Of a stretch of 64,000 bases of DNA, positions 37,286 to 50,179 are shown in pieces. Numbering within the stretch: the stretch's first letter is position 1; the number at the start of each line of letters is the position of its first letter. Below the pieces are notes generated by a model. The model searched no databases. It saw nothing but the letters and a program-made list of their open reading frames with translations, and had not been told where the DNA came from. Both the position numbers and the translations under genes were made by a program. Source of the DNA: Octopus vulgaris (taxonomy: Eukaryota); assembly GCA_951406725.2 (NCBI GenBank), contig OX597838.1:35092001-35156000 (forward strand), given 5' to 3'.

Positions 37286-37502
37286 GCTACTTACCACACA
37301 GCCACTTTTTTTCTGCACATTGAACACAGCTATTTCCTTGATGGTAGAAAACTTTTTTTTATTTGTTAAGTTTACTTTGAGACCCTTCACTTCCATGTTT
37401 TACTTGCATGCATGGAATTTCTTCCCCAAATGCATCAAAGATTCTGTTACAGGAATAAGATCAGTAGCAGAGCTAGTCTTAAACTTCTTCTCTGTTATGT
37501 CT

Positions 37503-37911
37503 CTCTTTTTTACTTGTTTCAGTCATTTGACTGCGGCCATGCTGGAGCACCGCCTTTTAGTCGAGCAAATTGACCCCGGGACTTATTCTTTGTAAGCCCA
37601 GTACTTATTCTATCGGTCTCTTTTGCCGAACCGCTAAGTGACGGGGACGTAAACACACCAGCATCGGTTGTCATGCAATGCTAGAGGGACAAACACAGAT
37701 ACACAAACATGTACACACACATACATATATATACATATACATATATACGACAGGCTTCTTTCAGTTTCCGTCTACCAAATCCACTCACAAGGCTTTGGTC
37801 GGCCCGAGGCTATAGCAGAAGACACTTGCCCAAGGTGCCACGCAGTGGGACTGAACCCGGAACCATGTGGTTGGTTAGCAAGCTACTTACCATACAGCCA
37901 CTCCTGCGCCT
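37503..37911 (-). mobile_element. SINE family A, full length
   Basis: Reverse-complement match to 5019-5435. Confidence 0.9.
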
Positions 37912-38353
37912 GGTTGGAGAATTATAATAAATAGGTTAAGGGCTGAGACTAAATTCATTGTTGACCTTCACCTTGTTGACAACGCATCTGCACATAGCTT
38001 CTAAGATCTCTTCAAGCCATTCATATCCACCTAATTTTGTCAGAAGCCGCCCTATTACAGAATTAGAGTTGTTGTCAAAAGCCTTCTGCAAGTTCACTGT
38101 TGCTAAGAACAGGACTTATTCTAAGATAATTATATATTTTATTTAAATGAGTTTAGCTTAGCATGTTCATGCCCCCCCCCCCCAGTGTGACCTTTGCAGA
38201 CCACAGGTTGGGAAGCACTGGTGTAGAATGTTGTAAATGTTTCCCATATCAAAGTTTGATCTGCTAAAAAAGTTATTTTATAGTTCACGGTTAGCAACTA
38301 AGGCTGCTAATTTTACCTGCTCCATCCCCTAAATTTGGATATATACGTACATA

Positions 38354-38525
38354 CATCATCATCGTTTAACGTCCGTTTTCCGCGCTAGCACGGGTTGGAC
38401 GGTTCGACCGGGGTCTGGGAAGCCAGGGGCTGCTCCAGGCTCCAGTCTGATCTGGCAGAGTTTCTACGGCTGGATGCCCTTCCTAACGCCAACCACTCCG
38501 CGAGTGTAGTGGGTGCTTTTTACGT
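38354..38525 (-). mobile_element. RTE-LINE 3' UTR copy
   Basis: catcatcatcgtttaacgtccg...ggatgcccttcctaacgccaaccac. Confidence 0.8.
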
Positions 38526-39411
38526 TATATATATAAATTCTTTCTGTCATACTCATTTTGCACTTTCGCAAACTTACCTACCTACCCACCTATCCTTATT
38601 CTCTCTCTCATATTCACTTTTTACATTGAAGGTACACCACCATCTCTCTCTCTCTTTCCAGTAGGGAAGGCCATGTATCTCTATTGCAAGAGGAGATACT
38701 CTCTTTCATACATTTATATCTTTTAGTATTATGCCCCACTCCTTGGGGTATAGTACTCACTCGCTCATGCTGGAACACTGCCCTTGAAGGGTTTTATCAG
38801 TTAAAAGGACCCCAGTGATATTTGAAGTGTGGCACTTCTTTTATCAGTTCTTTTGCTGAACTGTTAAGTTACAAAGGCATAAACAAATCAACCCTGGTTG
38901 TCAAGTTCTGTCAATCACAAAGACATACACACACAAAAACGTACATACATACATATATATATATACACACACACACACATACAGGTGAAGGCATGGGTGT
39001 ACAGTTAAAAAGTTTGCTTCACAACCACGTGCTTTTGGTTTCAGTTACCCCTGAGTGGTACCTTGGGAAAGCATCTCCTACTATTGCTCCAGGCTGGCCA
39101 ATGTGTTGTGAGTGAATTTGGTGAATGGAAACTGAAGTAAGCCCATTGAATACACACACACATTTCTATATATCTGTGTGTATGTGAATGTACTGGCATG
39201 TGCATGTTTTACTTATCATCATTTGAGCAAAGTAGTACTGATATTGGCATGACCAGTTTGCTCTGTATTTTTGAAAACTTGTGGAATATAAAATATATAT
39301 ACATATCATCATCATCATTTAGCATTCATGTTTCATGCTGGCTGGGTTGGACAGTTTGACAGGATCCAAGGACAGCACTGTGTCTGCTTTGGCATGGTTT
39401 CTGTGGATAGA

Positions 39412-39877
39412 TGCCCATCCTGAAGCCAGGCACCCTTCCTGATGCCAGGCGCCCTTCCTGATGCCAGGCGCCCTTCCTGATGCCAGGCACCCTTCCTGAT
39501 GCCAGGCACCCTTCCTGATGCCAGGCGCTCGTCCTGATGCCAGGTGCTCTTCCTGATGCAAGGCACCCTTCCTGATGCCAGGCACCCATCCTGATGCCAG
39601 GCGCTCTTCCTGATGCCAGGCACTCTTCCTGATGCCAGGCGCCCTTCCTGATGCCAGGCGCCCTTCCTGATGCCAGGCGCTCTTCCTGATGCCAGGCACC
39701 CTTCCTGATGCCAGGCGCCCTTCCTGATGCCAGGCGCCCTTCCTGATGCCAGGCGCCCTTCCTGATGCCAGGCGCTCTTCCTGATGCCAGGTGCCCTTCC
39801 TGACTCCAGGCGCCCTTCCTGACGCCAGGCGCCTTTCCTGATGCCAGGTGCCCTTCCTGATGCCAGGCACCCTTCCT
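39412..39877. repeat. 19-bp minisatellite (gcccttcctgatgccaggc), ~24 copies, inside an RTE 3' UTR remnant starting at 39305
   Basis: Directly visible. The unit corresponds to the UTR motif gatgcccttcctaacgcca. It explains ORFs 39319-39931. Confidence 0.93.
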
Positions 39878-40629
39878 ATGTATCCATTTTCTGAAAAGCA
39901 GGTAAGAATTGGTAACTGGAAAGAAGTTCAATCAGTAAAACATTTTCAAAATCAATTTCTGTCTAAGCTATGGAAAAACAGATGTCAAAGGAACAATCTT
40001 ATGTATATCATGCACATGCACACATGAGGGTTTTACTGAATGTGATGCAGAAGTGGGCTTCATTGTCTTTATCATCTGACATCATTCAAACTGCTTGTGC
40101 TGGTAGAGAAACTTTTCCTCTATACAAAGTCTACTTCTAAAGCAATGAATTTGTGCATTTGTTGAACCCAACTCTCAAAACCTCTTTGAAGAAAATCCAG
40201 GTGTGCCCTGTTGTACTCACTTCTTTGCTGTTATTTTCACCCCTTCTACCATCATGTCATTGACCCTGAAAATTTTCCTTCACTGACCTGAATAGGGAAA
40301 TCACAGAGGGCACCAGATTTTGTCCGTATGGTATATGGGGGTGGGATGGGGGATTGGGACTACCCGTGCCCCATTTGCTAATTGCCTGGTTTGTTGCCAA
40401 GATGCGTGTAGCCACACGTTGCCTTGGTGAATGTGGGTCAGTTTCAGATTCTTCATCAGTTTCTTCCTACCTCCTTATGGCTTCTCTAAGCTTTCTAAAT
40501 GCTTCATTGTACCTCTCTCTGTTCATGGTACAACTGGTTGGTTGGCATCCTTTTTGTCTCGGGAGACAATGGAGTTGCGCATAAAGTAATCTAGTCCGGC
40601 TTTTACATTTCATGTCCTGATACATTTCC

Positions 40630-40935
40630 TGCTGTGGCTGTGTAGTCCTATCAAAGTGTCCTCTCCAGTTTTGCGCAGGCCTGGGCTAGAGATAAGAAAA
40701 TCCTGGGTAGCCCAATCGTCAGGATTCCTCTCTCGACCTTGCTGACGTAGTCCAAAGGAGTGCAGTGCATTACGTTTGGCACCAGCTTCGTTGCAGGAGC
40801 TGCCGGAAGAGTGTCGAGTCGAACACTAGACCGCCTTCGGGGCTCCACTCCGGATTTCTTTGAAGGTTGTCTCCTTTCCGTAACCCTGGATAGGGGCCCA
40901 TACCGGGTACTGTCAGCCGGAGCCAGCTGAGCCCG
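40630..40935 (-). mobile_element. Probable RTE/BovB-type LINE 5' region
   Basis: GC-rich patch cgtttggcaccagcttcgttgcaggagctgccggaag...ctccactccggattt resembles RTE 5' sequences (recognised from memory only). Confidence 0.5.
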
Positions 40936-41240
40936 GAACTCGTGTCATGGTACAACTACATCCCAGAAAACCATAGAGAATGATGCCCTGGTCACAAGGA
41001 CTTTCTGTGCTGATTGCTTGCCTGTATATCACCGTCATGCAAATAGTGGTGGTTGTGTCCAATCATCGTCATCAGCATTTAACATCCTCCTTCCATGCTG
41101 GCATGGGTGAGACAGTGTCTGCAGAAACATGTCTGGCTATAAGGAGAAGACACTTTGCTTGGAAACCAATGAGGCTTGGAGATAGGAAAGGCATGCAGCC
41201 ATAGAAAATATCTGCTTCAGCAAATTCTGACCCATATATA

Positions 41241-41289
<49 letters not shown>

Positions 41290-41549
41290 TACACATATAT
41301 AGTGTATGTATGTAATACACATATATAGTGTATGTATGTATGTAATACACACATATAGTGTATGTATGTAATATACGTATATATATATGCTGTGTGTGTA
41401 TATATATATGTATGTGTGTGTTGTATGATGATGTATGGATGTGTGTTTATGCATGTATTATATACATGCTGGTGCATATATATATATATTTATAAATTAC
41501 ATATGTTGTGTGTATGTGCACATGTAGCTATATGTACTTTTATGTTACA

Positions 41550-41595
<46 letters not shown>

Positions 41596-42099
41596 CATAT
41601 AATACACACATTCACGTGTGTGTGTGTGTGTGTATATATATGTGTGAGTGTGTGTATGTACACATGTATATGTATGTGTAAGTGTGCATACATACATATG
41701 TCTAACACCTATGGTTTCCTTAGGATATCATTCCACCAACACCACCATCACAGTTCACATACACATGAACGCCAACAAAATATAATCTTTATTGTCAGTG
41801 CATATGTCCTCATACAGACACGCACACACTGACACAGCAATTCGTAGACACACACTCGCTTTCTATATCTCCTCTCTCTCATGCATATATATAAGATGTA
41901 GGAACCACCTGCTTCTGTTTCTCCTAATCATATTTAGCCCGAGGTCAGACCTGGTTGAGCAGACATTTGATGAAGCACATTCCAACATTTCTGTTTGTTT
42001 AGAAGTATAATGGTGTCTAAATTATCTAATCTGTCCTTTGATGCAGTTATTTCAGAAAAATTTGGCTCCTATATCTAGCATGTTGAGTTGAGCTGCTGT

Positions 42100-42252
42100 A
42101 GGTGCAGGGTGGGTGTGTAGATAAAAAGCTTGCTTCCCAACCATGTGGTCTTGGGTTCAGTCCCACTGTCCAGTACCTTGGGCAAGGGTTAGGGTTGATT
42201 TCATTGTGGATTTCATAGATGGAAACTGAAAAAACTGTTGGGTGTGTATGTA

Positions 42253-42305
<53 letters not shown>

Positions 42306-42785
42306 CTTTTCCCCCCCCCCCCCCAACTTGACAATTAGTGTTGGTTTATGTCCCTGTGTGGAGGTGTGTGGCTTAGTGGTTAGGTGTAAGTATCATGATC
42401 GTAAGATTGTGTTTTCGATTCCTGGACTGGGTGACGCGTTGTGTTCTTGAGCAAAACACTTCATTTCACATTGCTCCAGTTCACTCAGCTGGCAAAAATG
42501 AGTAACGCTGTGATGGACTGGCATCCTGTCCACCTGGGGAACACATACGCCATAGAATCTGGGAAACCGGGCCCATGAGCCTGGCTAGGCTTTAAAAGGG
42601 TGCATTTATTTTACTTATGTCTCTGTAGCTTAGCAGTTTGGCAAAAAAAGTTCCATTATAGAATAAGTTCTGGGTTAAAAAAGCAATTAAATACTGGCTT
42701 CATTTGTGCCATTTAACCTTTTGAGCAGTGCCCCAGCCTAGCCACAGTCCAATGACTGAAACAAGTAAAAGAGAAAATAAAAGAT
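42100..42785 (+). mobile_element. Old SINE-A interrupted by a SINE-E (42358-42614)
   Basis: The SINE-E is flanked by ttatgtccctgt (42346-42357) and ttatgtctctgt (42615-42626), a TSD with 1 mismatch. Confidence 0.8.
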
Positions 42786-43305
42786 AAAATTTAGCTTTTG
42801 GGTTGTCCCAAGTCTTGTGAGATAGGGTAAATGGAAACAGTTGTGAGGCCTGTCAGATAATTAAAAGCCTTTAATTTAAAGGCCCAGTCTGGTCATATAT
42901 CAAATCTACTTGAGATAATGATTATATTAAGAATACACACCTTAGGAATACTCAGCCATTTATTTTTGTATAAGGTGTAAGGAGCTACCAATGTAGAGGA
43001 TGATGTTATTTATCATCATTGTTTTAATGTTCACCTTTCCGTGCTTGCACGGATGGAATTTGTTCAGGTAGATTATCTATAGCTGGATGCTTTTCCTGTT
43101 GCCAATCCTCACCTGTTTCTGAGTAACCTAATACTTTGCAATGACTAGACATGTTTCCACAGAATATTAGAAATGGACACCAATTGCATGACCATGATAT
43201 GCATTTACAACCATCATGCAATGTCAAGGCAAGGAGACAGTAATAAACACACATACACATCCATCTTTCCATACACACACACACACACATAAATATGACA
43301 GGCTT

Positions 43306-44750
43306 CTGCCGCTACATTCTGAGTTCAAATTCCGCCGAGGTCGACTTTACCTCTCATCCTTTCGGGGTCGATTGAATAAGTACCAGTTACGCACTGGAGT
43401 TGATATAATCGACTTAATCCGTTTGTCTGTCCTTGTTTGTCCTCTCTGTGTTTAGCCCCTTGTGGGTAGTAAAAAAATAGGTATTTTGTCTGCTGTTATG
43501 TTCTGAGTTCAAATTCCACCGAGGTCAACTTTGCTTCCATCCTTTCAGGGTCGATTAAATAAGTACCAGTTATGCACTGGGGTTGATATAATCGACTTAA
43601 TCCATTTGTCTGTCCTTGTTTGTCCTCTCTGTGTTTAGCCCCTTGTGGGTAGTAAAAAAATAGGTATTTTGTCTGCTGTTATGTTCTGAGTTCAAATTCC
43701 ACCGAGGTCAACTTTGCTTCCATCCTTTCGGGGTCGATTGAATAAGTACCAGTTATGCACTGGGGTTGATATAATCGACTTAATCCATTTGTCTGTCCTT
43801 GTTTGTCCTCTCTGTGTTTAGCCCCTTGTGGGTAGTAAAAAAATAGGTATTTTGTCTGCTGTTATGTTCTGAGTTCAAATTCCACCGAGGTCAACTTTGC
43901 TTCCATCCTTTCGGGGTCGATTGAATAAGTACCAGTTATGCACTGGGGTTGATATAATCGACTTAATCCATTTGTCTGTCCTTGTTTGTCCTCTCTGTGT
44001 TTAGCCCCTTGTGGGTAGTAAAAAAATAGGTATTTTGTCTGCTGTTATGTTCTGAGTTCAAATTCCACCGAGGTCAACTTTGCTTCCATCCTTTCGGGGT
44101 CGATTGAATAAGTACCAGTTATGCACTGGGGTTGATATAATCGACTTAATCCATTTGTCTGTCCTTGTTTGTCCTCTCTGTGTTTAGCCCCTTGTGGGTA
44201 GTAAAAAAATAGGTATTTTGTCTGCTGTTATGTTCTGAGTTCAAATTCCACCGAGGTCAACTTTGCTTCCATCCTTTCGGGGTCGATTGAATAAGTACCA
44301 GTTATGCACTGGGGTTGATATAATCGACTTAATCCGTTTGTCTGTCCTTGTTTGTCCTCTCTGTGTTTAGCCCCTTGTGGGTAGTAAAAAAATAGGTATT
44401 TTGTCTGCTGTTATGTTCTGAGTTCAAATTCCACCGAGGTCAACTTTGCTTCCATCCTTTCGGGGTCGATTGAATAAGTACCAGTTATGCACTGGGGTTG
44501 ATATAATCGACTTAATCCGTTTGTCTGTCCTTGTTTGTCCTCTCTGTGTTTAGCCCCTTGTGGGTAGTAAAAAAATAGGTATTTTGTCTGCTGTTATGTT
44601 CTGAGTTCAAATTCCACCGAGGTCAACTTTGCTTCCATCCTTTCAGGGTCGATTAAATAAGTACCAGTTATGCACTGGGGTTGATATAATCGACTTAATC
44701 CGTTTGTCCTCTCTGTGTTTAGCCCCTTGTGGATAGTGAAGAAATAGGTA
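43306..44750 (+). repeat. Tandem array of 8 head-truncated SINE-B units, 183-bp period
   Basis: ttctgagttcaaattcc at 43317, 43501, 43684, 43867, 44050, 44233, 44416 and 44599. Confidence 0.95.
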
Positions 44751-45581
44751 CCGTGCAGTGAAACCGAACTCAGAACCATGTAGTAGAAGCAAACTTCTTA
44801 AGCAGACAGCAACCCTTCTGCCTATATGATAATAATCATGACAATAGTAGTGAGGTGTTGTCTTAACAAAGGCTTGAAAACAGGAGATGGTTTCAGGGGA
44901 GATAAAAACTTTAGCTGCTGTGTTGTAACATTCTGTTTGTTGATAGAATACAAGCTGAACACTGGGTCGATGTAATCGACTAATCTTTACTCTTAAATTT
45001 CCTGGCATTGTGTCAAAATTTGAAAGAATTATGTATCTTAGCATTATGGCAATGCCGTCAAAGATGTGTATTTCTCTGTGTATAACAAGAGAAACAGTAA
45101 AAATTAATGTTTTTATTCTTCATAATCTTCCTTTAATAACTGTAATAATTACGATTTCTTTTATTGGCTACAAGAGCTTAAGACGTTGAGGACTTTTGTC
45201 AAAGATGAAATACAACATATTAAAAGTTGGGGTTTACGTCAATCAAAAGGGAAAACAACAACAGCCAGGATATAACAAAAGAAATAAAAATAGAATTCAG
45301 AAAAATAAATACAATGCTGGAACAGTACTCTTTTTAATTTGCTACAAGGAAATAATTATTATTGTTATTTCTACTTGGGTTTAGTCTTTCATTCAATAAA
45401 ATGCACACAAAGGTGCTACAAATATGAGTGGATAAATACAACAAAGTTATATAAAATAGAAGATGAAAGAAATGGTACAAGAGCATAAATTTGTGGGAGA
45501 GTGTATAAATCGAAATCCCACGAATGACCGTTACTTATTATATCTATTCTAAGAAAGAGCAACCAAATATCCCTCAAATGA

Positions 45582-45732
45582 CGTGGCTGTGTGGTAAAAA
45601 AGGTTGCTTCCCAACTATATGGTTCCAGGTTCCATCCCACTCTGTGGCACCTTGGGCTAATGACTTCTACTGTAGCCTTGGACTGATCAAAGCCTTGTGA
45701 GTGAATTTTGTAGACAGAAACAGAAAGCCCAT

Positions 45733-45784
<52 letters not shown>

Positions 45785-45995
45785 CACACACACACAAACA
45801 CATATATGAGTGTATTTGTCCTCCTCCATCACCACTGGACAACCGGTCTGGGTGTGTTTATGTCCATATAGCTTAGAGGTTTGTCAAAGAGACTAACAGA
45901 ATAAATATCAGACTATAAAAAAAGTAATAAATACTGGGGTTGATAAATTTGAGTAAAATTCTTCAAGGCAGTGCCCCAGCATGGCCACAATCAAA
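45582..45995 (+). mobile_element. SINE family A, diverged
   Basis: Head, internal microsatellite and tail are all recognisable. Confidence 0.8.
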
Positions 45996-46299
45996 TGGAA
46001 GAAATGCTGCTAAGCATTTTATCCAATGCTCTGATAGTTCTGCCAGCTTGATCCCTTATTAACAATAATTCTACAAACACACCATCTCAGTCACCCTACT
46101 TACTTGGGCCAGCCTTGCTACATTCACCTACCTTTCAAGAAATCTATTGGGTGCAGAAACCAGGACTGCCCTCTCCTTCCTAATATACAGAATGAACACA
46201 GATAATGGAGTCCTCCTGATACAGGAAATCCTCCAGATAGGGCCAGTTAAGGAATTCCACATACAGTTTTGCCTTGACCACTAAGGGCACAAGCCCTCA

Positions 46300-46800
46300 T
46301 CCATCTGTTGTTTTCTAATCTACTGGTGCATGCTCAGGGTAGTTTCATTCCAATTTTGTCATGGTCACCCATGTTTTGACTAATTTGCTGGGGGAGAGAG
46401 TACTTCCCTTTCCGAGGGCTTGACCAAAGAAGGAAGTGTTTCTCTTCATCCACCGCATAACCTCTTTCACCATAACCACCAGACAGATGAACTCCAGATG
46501 ACCTACCACCTCCTTAAAGGTGAGCAATGGGGCAACCCTTATGATGGACTCAATTGAGAGCAACAGCAGCAGTTCAACATAACTCCACAAGCCAGCAATG
46601 TTCAAACAGCGGATGAGTGTATGCAGTACAATTTTGCACATCTTGGACAGTCAAGCCTGGTGGCTTTCCATGTTTGTCAAGTTTATTTCAAGCTGGTAGT
46701 GCTGCCAATGGGTACTCCCAGGAATTTCTGAAATTCCTGGAAGTTATTGGTAGTAGTCCCCAGCCCAAAGTCGCCTGAAATGGACCAGCTACTCCTTCCA
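46300..46800 (-). mobile_element. Decayed Tx1/L1-clade LINE ORF2 C-terminus
   Basis: ORF 46345-46641 (LWSYVE...FICLVVMVKEVMRW...FFGQAL...TWVTM) aligns with ORF 52701-52931. Confidence 0.6.
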
Positions 46801-46836
46801 CATCAATACCTAGAATTTCCCAAAGAGGCTCATCAC

Positions 46837-47048
46837 TCTTACTCTCTCTCTTTTACTTGTTTCAGTCATTTGACTGCGGCCATGCTGGAGCACCGCCTTT
46901 AGTTGAGCAAATCGACCCCGGGACTTATTCTTTGTAAGCCCAATACTTATTCTATCGGTCTCTTTTGCCAAACCGCTAAGTGACGGGGGCGTAAACACAC
47001 CAGCATCGGTTGTCAAGCAATGCTAGGGGGACAAACACAGACACGCAA

Positions 47049-47093
<45 letters not shown>

Positions 47094-47265
47094 CATATAT
47101 ACGACAGGCTTCTTTCAGTTTCCGTCTGCCAAATCCACTCACAAGGCATTGGTTGGCCTGGGGCTATAGCAGAAGACACTTGCCCAAAATGTCACGCAGT
47201 GGGACTGAACCCGAAACCATGTGGTTGATTAGCAAGCTACTTACCACACTGCCACTCCTGCACCT
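46837..47265 (-). mobile_element. SINE family A, full length
   Basis: Reverse-complement match to 5019-5435. Confidence 0.9.
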
Positions 47266-47299
47266 ATACTCATACTTAGTTTTCTATATATCATTAAAG

Positions 47300-47945
47300 T
47301 AGATGACAAATGACTGGGTAACTTACTGTACTTGGGAAGACGCATCAGGCTAAGTGGAATTGTTGTTTAGGGCCATTGCAATTGACATGTACAAGACACC
47401 CATGCTGGTGACACATAAAGGCACCTGTGCCAGTGACATGTAAAATGCACCCAGTACACTTTGTAGAGTGGTTGGCATTAGGAAGGGCATGCAGCCATAG
47501 AATTCAAGCCAAAACAGACTGGAGCCTGGTTCAGCTCCCCGGCTTACTAGCTCCAGTCAACTTGTCTAACCCCTGCTATCATCAAAAATGGGCATTAAAT
47601 GAAAATAAAAACAAAAATTAATATATAAACAAACGGTAATATATACAAAGGGTAGATCAAGATTTCTCTAAATTTAAAGCAGAGTAACTGTAACTTTAAG
47701 TTGTGACATGTGCAAGTGATCTGTAACAGGCACTCATTCTGGTGACACATAAAACGCACCCATACTGGTGGCATGTAAATGGCACCCAGTACACTCTGAA
47801 GTGGTTGGCCTTAGGAAGGACATTCGGCCATAGAAACCAAGCCAAAACAGACTGGAGTTTGGCACAGGTCTCAGGCTTACCAGCCCCAGTCAGACCATCT
47901 TATCAATGCTAGCTTGGAAAGCAGTCACTAAATGTTGACGACGAA
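47300..47945 (+). mobile_element. Two decayed RTE 3' end copies
   Basis: ggtgacacataaa...cacccagtacact...gtggttggc.ttaggaagg occurs at ~47400-47600 and ~47740-47945. Confidence 0.7.
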
Positions 47946-48249
47946 CTTCTGTTGACTGCATTGCCTGGCTGATAGAGGGTGGCGAGTGCTTGACAACATT
48001 CTGGATTCCTGGTACCTAATCTTTGTCTTTTTCTCCACCCAAGATCATAACTCCATCAAAGAGAGGAGCTTCAGGAAAATGGGTCATACAAATGGAGACC
48101 ACACATGCTCACAGTCCAGGAAAATTTCTGGTGGTAACGAATAACATAACTTGTATGATGCTGCTCTTTTACAACCATCACATGATGTCATGATGAGGGT
48201 TCAGACACACATGTATGTGTGTCTTTATATATATATATATATATATATA

Positions 48250-48975
48250 CATCATCATCATTTAGCGTCCGCTTTCCATGGGTTGGACGGTTCAACTGGG
48301 GTCTGGGAAGCCAGAAGGCTGCACCAGGCTCCAATCTTGATCTGGCAGAGTTTCTACAGCTGGATGCCCTTCCTAACGCCAACCACTCCATGAGTGTAGT
48401 GGGTGCTTTTTAAGTGCCACCGGCACAGGTGCCAGACTGGGCTGGCAAACGGCCACGGTCGGATGGTGCTTTTTACGTGCCACCGGCACGGGGGCCAAGC
48501 ATATATACACACACAAACACACATACACAATGGGTTTCTTTCAGTTTCCATCTACAAAATCCACTCACAGGGCTACTCTGGATCAGGGTTATAGTAGAAG
48601 ACACTTGCTTGAAGTACCATGCAGTGGGACTGAACCCAATACCACACAGCTGGAAAGTAAGCTTCTCAACCACACAGCCATGTTGACATACACACACACA
48701 TATGCATATTACATATAAAATATGGAAGATAGATTATATATGCACATTTGTTTATCTCTCTCTTTACTCTTTTACTTGTTTCAGTCAGTTGACTGCGGCC
48801 ATGCTGGAGCACCGCCTTTAGTCAAGCAACTCGACCCCGGGACTTATTTTTGTAAGCCCAGTACTTATTCTATCAGTATCTTTTGCCGAACCGCTAAGTG
48901 TCGGGGACATAAACACACCAGCATCGGTTGTCGAGCAATGCTAGGGGGACAAACACAGACACACAAACATATACG

Positions 48976-49017
<42 letters not shown>

Positions 49018-49183
49018 TACGACGGGCTTCTTTCAGTTTCCGTCCACCAAATCCACTCAGAAGGCTTTGGTTGGCCCGGGGCTATAGTAGAAGACACTTG
49101 CTGAAGGTGGCACGCAGTGGGACTGAACCCGGAACCATGTGGTTGGTAAGCAAGCTACTTACCACACAGCCACTCCTGCGCCT
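48250..49183 (-). mobile_element. RTE 3' UTR copy (48250-48497), SINE-A head (48505-48685) and full SINE-A (48763-49183)
   Basis: Matches to the families defined above. Confidence 0.85.
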
Positions 49184-50179
49184 ATATGTATAATATATAC
49201 ACGAGTGCAATGCACATACAATGCCACATACCTGTTTGCTCATGAATGGGTATATAATGCCATGTACCTGTCTGCTTATGAATGGGTGTGTGTGTACACA
49301 TGCATAGTATGGTTATGAATGCTATAATAGTAATAGAAACACCTCAAAAAGTGGTAGTGGCAGATTCACTGCATCTACAACACATTAACATGGCATTTGT
49401 TTAAGCTTGTTGTATTTGTTCAACACGTGGTGGTCAGCTCTGATTGATCCCATTCCAGCTGTGACCATCCAGCGATTCTTTTCAAACATAAAACATTTCT
49501 AGAAGTATGTTAATCAATGTTGGCTTTACTGTGAAAGTGAAGTTAAGTCTGATGTGAGGAATGTATTGTTGTTATTTCTAGCAGATGAAGTGATACAGCA
49601 TTTTACCACATTTTAAAATATTATACATTTATACACGCACTCATATATATATATATAAAACACACACACACATAATTATATATACATATACATAGGCACA
49701 CATGCATATAGATATACTTAGACTTGCATATATATATATATATATACATACACACACATATATACACACATCTACATATACACACACATACAATATATAT
49801 CTTATCTGCCTATCTTATACGTCTGTCTGTCTATCTATCAATCTATGTGCATATATATGCCTACATACAGGTTATATTTAAACACACACACACAATAAAT
49901 ATGCGTGTGTGTGTGTAGACAACGTATAAAAGTATAGTGTGAAGTTATAATTTTTTTAACTGTCAACTTCAAAGCTGTGTTTATACATGTGTCTGCTTAT
50001 AGAAATATATGATTGATTGTGTGTGTGTGTGTATGCATATCATCATTTTATATCTGCTTTTCGTTTTGGTATGGGTTGAACAAGTTTTTATGATCTGAAT
50101 TCTTTTTCATACTGGAGCTAATACTGTCAAAGGCTTGTGCTTGCACACATCATTTTGACTCTGTTTCTACAGATGGATG

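Noticed and set aside
39319-39931. 183-201 aa repetitive ORFs (GRAPGIRKGAWHQE)
   Set aside because: Translation of a 19-bp minisatellite; the same peptide cycles through all three frames.
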